Shown here one piece after another: positions 58,951 through 64,000 of a DNA stretch of 64,000 bases. Origin of the DNA: Eledone cirrhosa (lineage: Eukaryota); assembly GCA_964016885.1 (NCBI GenBank), contig OZ024742.1:316696001-316760000 (forward strand), written 5' to 3'. The notes under the pieces are model-generated. The model had not been told where the DNA came from. It did no database searches and saw only the letters and a list, made by a program, of their open reading frames with translations. Each line of letters opens with the position of its first letter. Position 1 is the stretch's first letter. The translations under genes were made by a program, and so were the position numbers.

Positions 58951-59257
58951 AAGAATGAGAAATAAGATAGATTGAGGGTACGGGCGGGACGGTATTGGAA
59001 AACATGTCTTTAGATGAAAATAACAGGTCCATTCATGTTGACATCTCTTGCAAAACTGTTGGTGCTGGCGAATGTGTGTGGTGTATATGTGAAACGCTGC
59101 TATAATGTTTCAGATATTATTCAACCACTATATAAGTCATGGCTAAAATGACTGGATCAGCGAAACCTGGAGCTAAACAACAATATTATCTGCATTTTAA
59201 TAAATGGTACTTAATTCCTTGTTTGCAATATCTTATATATATATCGACGGCTATTTT

Positions 59258-59394
59258 TGTCCAGAAATAGCCGTCGAAACGGGTTGAGCTCTGCCGTCGG
59301 GGTCATACTTTTTCCTATTTCCCACTCTACTACCCTAAGTATTGAGTACTCTGGTGCGTTGTGGTCCATCTGGTTCCTTACCACAATTCCTTTG

Positions 59395-59396
<2 letters not shown>
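59258..59396 (+). mobile_element. Naiad 3'-terminal fragment in (TA)n
   Basis: Same module as 23399 and 48565. Confidence 0.8.
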
Positions 59397-59448
<52 letters not shown>

Positions 59449-60183
59449 TTATATATTTAAAAAAATACGGATATAGCAATCATTAAGTTGATAGGCTCTT
59501 ATTCCAATAGCCAATGTAAAATTAATAAATTTCTTCGGTTTTTGTTATCAAATGTACCTATGGAAACATAAGCAGTCACCCCAGAATTTTAACCTTAACA
59601 GCGTCCCAAAAAGTGTTCGAGAAGTGAAGAAAATAGTGATGAAACTTAGATTCAATTGGCCAAGTACTAAAATGTTTATGTATTCAAATTTCCACAACAT
59701 TGTAATATGGTTCTTATATCTAAATATATCTCCACAAGTTATATATTCCCCTACTACCCTTATATAGTGAAATAAACGAATAGAAAATGTATTTCTTCTA
59801 TGGGTCTAAGTGCATTTCTGTCTTAGATGTTTACTACACAATAGTGTAGTAAACATCTAAGACAGTAAACATCACAATAGTGTAGTAAACATCTTCTGAA
59901 ATGGGAATTTCTCTTTTATTGAATCAATAAAATTTTCTTTTTCGTTTTCATAATTTGAATATCAATATTTCATTGTACTGAACATTAAACTTTGAAATAA
60001 TTGAATCTGAACTTTTAAACTGGCACTGTTCTGCTTTAATACTTTACTGTAAAAGCCATAGTGAAGTTTATCGTTTATCCCCTGGTTTATGATACAACTC
60101 GTCCAAACGATTGTAATACATGATTTAAGAATATGACAATACTTACCATCATTCAGATTATTATTATTATTACTATTAATATC

Positions 60184-60372
60184 AGGGCGGTGGATTGGCA
60201 GTATCGGTAGAGGGTCGGACGCCATGCTTTGACGCATAGAGTTAGGGCCTTTGCCATTCTGAGTTCAAATCCCGTCGAGGTTAACTTTGCCTTTCATCCT
60301 TACGGGGTCGATAAAATAAATCACCAGTAATGCACTGGGTAATTGCTGGCCTTGTGCCAAAAGTAGAAACAA
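60184..60372 (+). mobile_element. tRNA-derived SINE (short subtype) followed by (ATT)n
   Basis: Same family as 37462. Confidence 0.88.
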
Positions 60373-60389
60373 TTATTATTATTATTATT

Positions 60390-60860
60390 GGAGTTCCAGT
60401 CATTGATGTTATTTAACTGAAAAGTTTGTTCAAATGAACATCAAGCCGCTACCTGCAGCCTCAGATATTCAAGGCGTATCGAAGGGTTCTTGCTGTTCCC
60501 AGCAAGCATGCCTTTTGAAGTGTTCCAAAAAGGGAGCTGGACAAATATTCTTTAACCATCCTTGGAAACTCTTTCTAGTGTTCCTATGACAATCGGGACA
60601 ACCTTGATCTCATGACAGGGTCAAATTCTTTTAAATCCTAGTATCGGTTAATTTTCTCCCTCCCTTTTCTTGCACTCTTCTGTCAAAGGGGCCGGCTACA
60701 TCTACAATCAAGCATGATCCTTTTCCTTGTCAAAAGCCAACAGGTCAGGCCTATTCTGTTCTAATTTCGTGTCTGTCTGTCTCCTGAAATCCCATAGCAA
60801 CTTCATTTGATCGTTTTCTATCACCGACTCTGGCTTATGCTCATACCACTTCTCATACAT
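60390..60860 (-). pseudogene. Restriction-like-endonuclease non-LTR retrotransposon relic (R4/Dong-like)
   Basis: Manual translation KWYEHKPESVIENDQMKLLWDF..TD..NRPDLL / CLIVDVAGPFD..EK / KVVPIVIG, with frameshifts. Confidence 0.7.
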
Positions 60861-61799
60861 ACTTATCATCTTATATTATTGGCGAAACCGTCATAAAATC
60901 CATCTATTATCTAAAGCTGATATTTACCCTCTTTATTATAACAATGCCATGGCCTAAGAGTTAACACATTTGCAATGTTTGGTACCATTTTATATTTAGA
61001 TGGGCTTTATATGAATGTCTGTCACCCGCTCCTATTAAACATATTGGTAACATTTCTAGTAGACAAGTAATAATCACAAAATACCCAGAAAAATCTGGGT
61101 TACGGGAATTGCTGACACATACTAAGGAGAAATCATATAATCCGGCTCTCTGAACTTTGTTAAGCTCTAAATAGATTACATTGGGGAAATAATGGAATAA
61201 AAGCTGAATACATAAAACTTTTAGCTTCGACATTTGAACGATTTTATCTAAACTATAATAAAGGACGATTTGCGGGACTACGTATGGTTTTTTTTTTTAT
61301 CCCGTTAGTAAAATAAGTTGGATTACTTTGAATAAATAATGAATGAATATTACATAATTTATTTACTAAATTTCGTAAACAAAAATAATTTCGTAAAAAT
61401 AAATAATTTAAAATTGACTTCTTTTCAAAGTTGCACTTCCGGTGTATCGTTGCCACCACCACCACTTCAACTACCATATATATAGAAGGAGAGAGTGTGA
61501 TGTCAACACTACCTGTAGCGATCACTTAAATAAACATACTAATTTTCTGTCACTAATTTTCTCCTAATGCAGTTTATATATAATATCGTCTTTTGTTAAT
61601 GTATCATGGATTGCGTTACTGATTACTTAATACGGTGTAACAACATCTTGGTTCAATTTCGGTTTATATTGTCAATTACGATTTTATTTGATGTATCATA
61701 TCTACATGTATATATACTTGCGTAAAATGTCAACATACACACTACACATGCCAGCAGAAAATCACCCGAAGGGTGGTTTTTATGCTAGTTATTTCAATT

Positions 61800-62247
61800 G
61801 CCGGTGGATTGGCAGTATCGGCAGAGGGTCGGACACCATGCTTTGCAGCATAGAGTTACGGACCTTTATGATCTGAGTTCAAATCCCGCCGAGGTTAACT
61901 TTGCCTTTCATCCTTACGGGGGTGGATAAAATAAAGTACAGGTGACGCATTGTGGTCAATTTAATTGACTTTCCCCTCCCCCAAATTGCTGGCCTTGTGC
62001 CTATATAAGAAATCATTATTTTAATTGGCGGTGGATTAGCAGTATCGGTAGAGGGTCGGACGACTTGCTTTGCAGCATAGAGTTACGGGCCTTTATGATC
62101 TGGGTTCAAATACCGCTGAGGTTAACTTTGCCTTTCATCCTTACGGTGGTCGATAAAATAAAGCACCAGTCACGCACTGGCATCGATTTAATCTACTTTC
62201 CCCTCCCCCAAAATTGCTGGCCTTGTGTCTATATAGGAAAACATTAT
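61800..62247 (+). mobile_element. Two tandem tRNA-derived SINEs (long subtype), 61800-62017 and 62026-62247
   Basis: Two full head-to-tail copies. Confidence 0.88.
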
Positions 62248-62519
62248 TTTAATTAGCAGAACATCTCAGGTAAAACATTCTGCCAACTTTGCTACATGAT
62301 ATACACTCAGATATCTAATGTAATAACTAATTAATTTCATAATGTGTAGAATAAACATTATCTTAATGACAATTTCTATTTAAATAACCGAGAAATATAA
62401 TATCGACATTTTAATTTAAATGGCACCAGCCCAATATTTGTCAGAACGATATAAACACGTTTTTTGGTTTCTTTAAACCTTTATCGTGGCATATGATATG
62501 CTTTACCGGTAGTCATCTC

Positions 62520-62650
<131 letters not shown>

Positions 62651-62825
62651 TATATATATATATACTATATATATATATTATATATATGTATATATACACA
62701 CACACACATATATATATATATGCGCACGCACACACTCACACACGCATACACACGCGCATACATACACACGCACATATATATATATACATGTGTGTATGTA
62801 TGGATGTGTGTTTGTATGTATGCTA

Positions 62826-63800
62826 TCTAGGTCATTTAGCGGCATTTCCGTATTGCCTGTTGTCAGTACAGTTCTACCACATGTCCTTTTAGGACGTCTT
62901 AATTCGTTCATAGTGCCAGGAGTTATATCAAAGTTACAATGGGACTTTTGTGTGAAAAGAGGCCCTATGGATATGATCTTGACAATCAGGCAAATCCAGG
63001 AAAAATGTATTGAACAGAAACTCGCTCTGTACCATTGTTTTATTGATCTCAGTAAGGCATTGAATACTGTCAATAGGAATGTCATATGGTTGGTTTTGTC
63101 TAAATTTGGATACCCTCAAAAGTTTGTAAATATATTGAAACTCTTCATAAACACATGAAGCCAGAGCCAAATTTGGGGGCGCACTCTCCCAGCCTTTTGC
63201 GGTGAAAATGGTGTGAAACAGCGAGACCTTGAAGAACCTACTCTTTTTGCAATATATGTGCCACTATGTTCTATCATGATTTCCAAAAGGACAATAAATG
63301 TAAAATATCGTACCACAGGAAACATCATTAATTTAGGTGGATTGTCAGTATCGGTAGAGGGTCGGACGCCATGCTTTGACGCATAGAGTTACGGCACTTG
63401 CCATTCTGAGTTCAAATCCCGCCGAGGTTAACTTTGCCTTTCATCCTTACGGGATCGATCAAATAAAGTACCAGTAATGTACTGGGTAATTGCAGGCCTT
63501 GTGCCAAAAGTAGAAACAATTAATTTAGCAAGGATGGACTTATAGAACAAATTGTTTAGCTCCTTCACTTTGAGCATAGATTGCAGTTGGTAAATTCTGC
63601 ATTTTATTCGTCATGTGATATTTTTGACTTGGCTATAAATTTAAGTATTATATCAACCTGCACCCGGTCAATTTGTGCAACAACCTAAAATATATGTGAA
63701 AGGTAATCTTAAGGTTCTTTAATCTATCATATACCTTGGGAGTGTAGTGAATAAAGATGGAATATTGAATTTAGAAATATCTCTAAGGCAGCAAACAATT
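62826..63800 (+). pseudogene. RTE-clade LINE reverse transcriptase relic interrupted by a SINE
   Basis: GISVL, RGPMDMILTIRQIQEKCIEQ..CFIDLSKALNTVNR..LSKFGYPQKFV, GVKQ, YRTTGNIINL, YLGS. Confidence 0.82.
63337..63518 (+). mobile_element. tRNA-derived SINE inserted in the RTE relic
   Basis: TSD ATTAATTTAG at 63327-63336 and 63519-63528. Confidence 0.88.
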
Positions 63801-64000
63801 TGGTAGTTTAGACTCTTGGCTTTGGTCAGAAAGATATATCAAGAATAAAACTAAAATACATAGTTTAGAATCACTAAGGAACATATGTCACTGCTATATA
63901 TTATTGAATAAAGGGTCACTCGAGTATGGAAAGGTTCATCTAGTGTGAATGTTACTATATGAAATCGAATCTTAAGTAGCAACATAACATTACTTTTTGG

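Overview
AT-rich animal genomic DNA, most likely an octopod cephalopod (inferred from SINE and microsatellite style). I can support no host protein-coding gene; most listed ORFs are microsatellite translation noise. The window is dominated by Penelope-like retroelements (PLEs) sitting in (TA)n microsatellites: one Neptune-type RT+GIY-YIG element, four Naiad-type coding copies (one is a single homopolymer frameshift from an open ~722-aa frame) and many 3'-end fragments. Between them lie non-coding tandem arrays (467, ~632, ~487, ~319 and 310 bp units). Manual folding shows one type I hammerhead ribozyme (HHR) per unit, i.e. retrozyme-like non-autonomous elements. About a dozen distinct HHR-bearing families occur, with stem covariation and U3-A8 or C4 core variants. 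Nine insertions are head-to-head inversions with the HHR-sense 3' ends pointing outward, mostly into (TA)n, and two junctions fall at the predicted self-cleavage site. This suggests a (TA)n-targeted PLE/retrozyme system using self-cleaved or circular RNA templates and twin priming (inference). tRNA-derived SINEs, RTE and R4/Dong-like LINE relics and a Tc1/mariner-type MITE fill the rest. All folds and alignments were done by eye.
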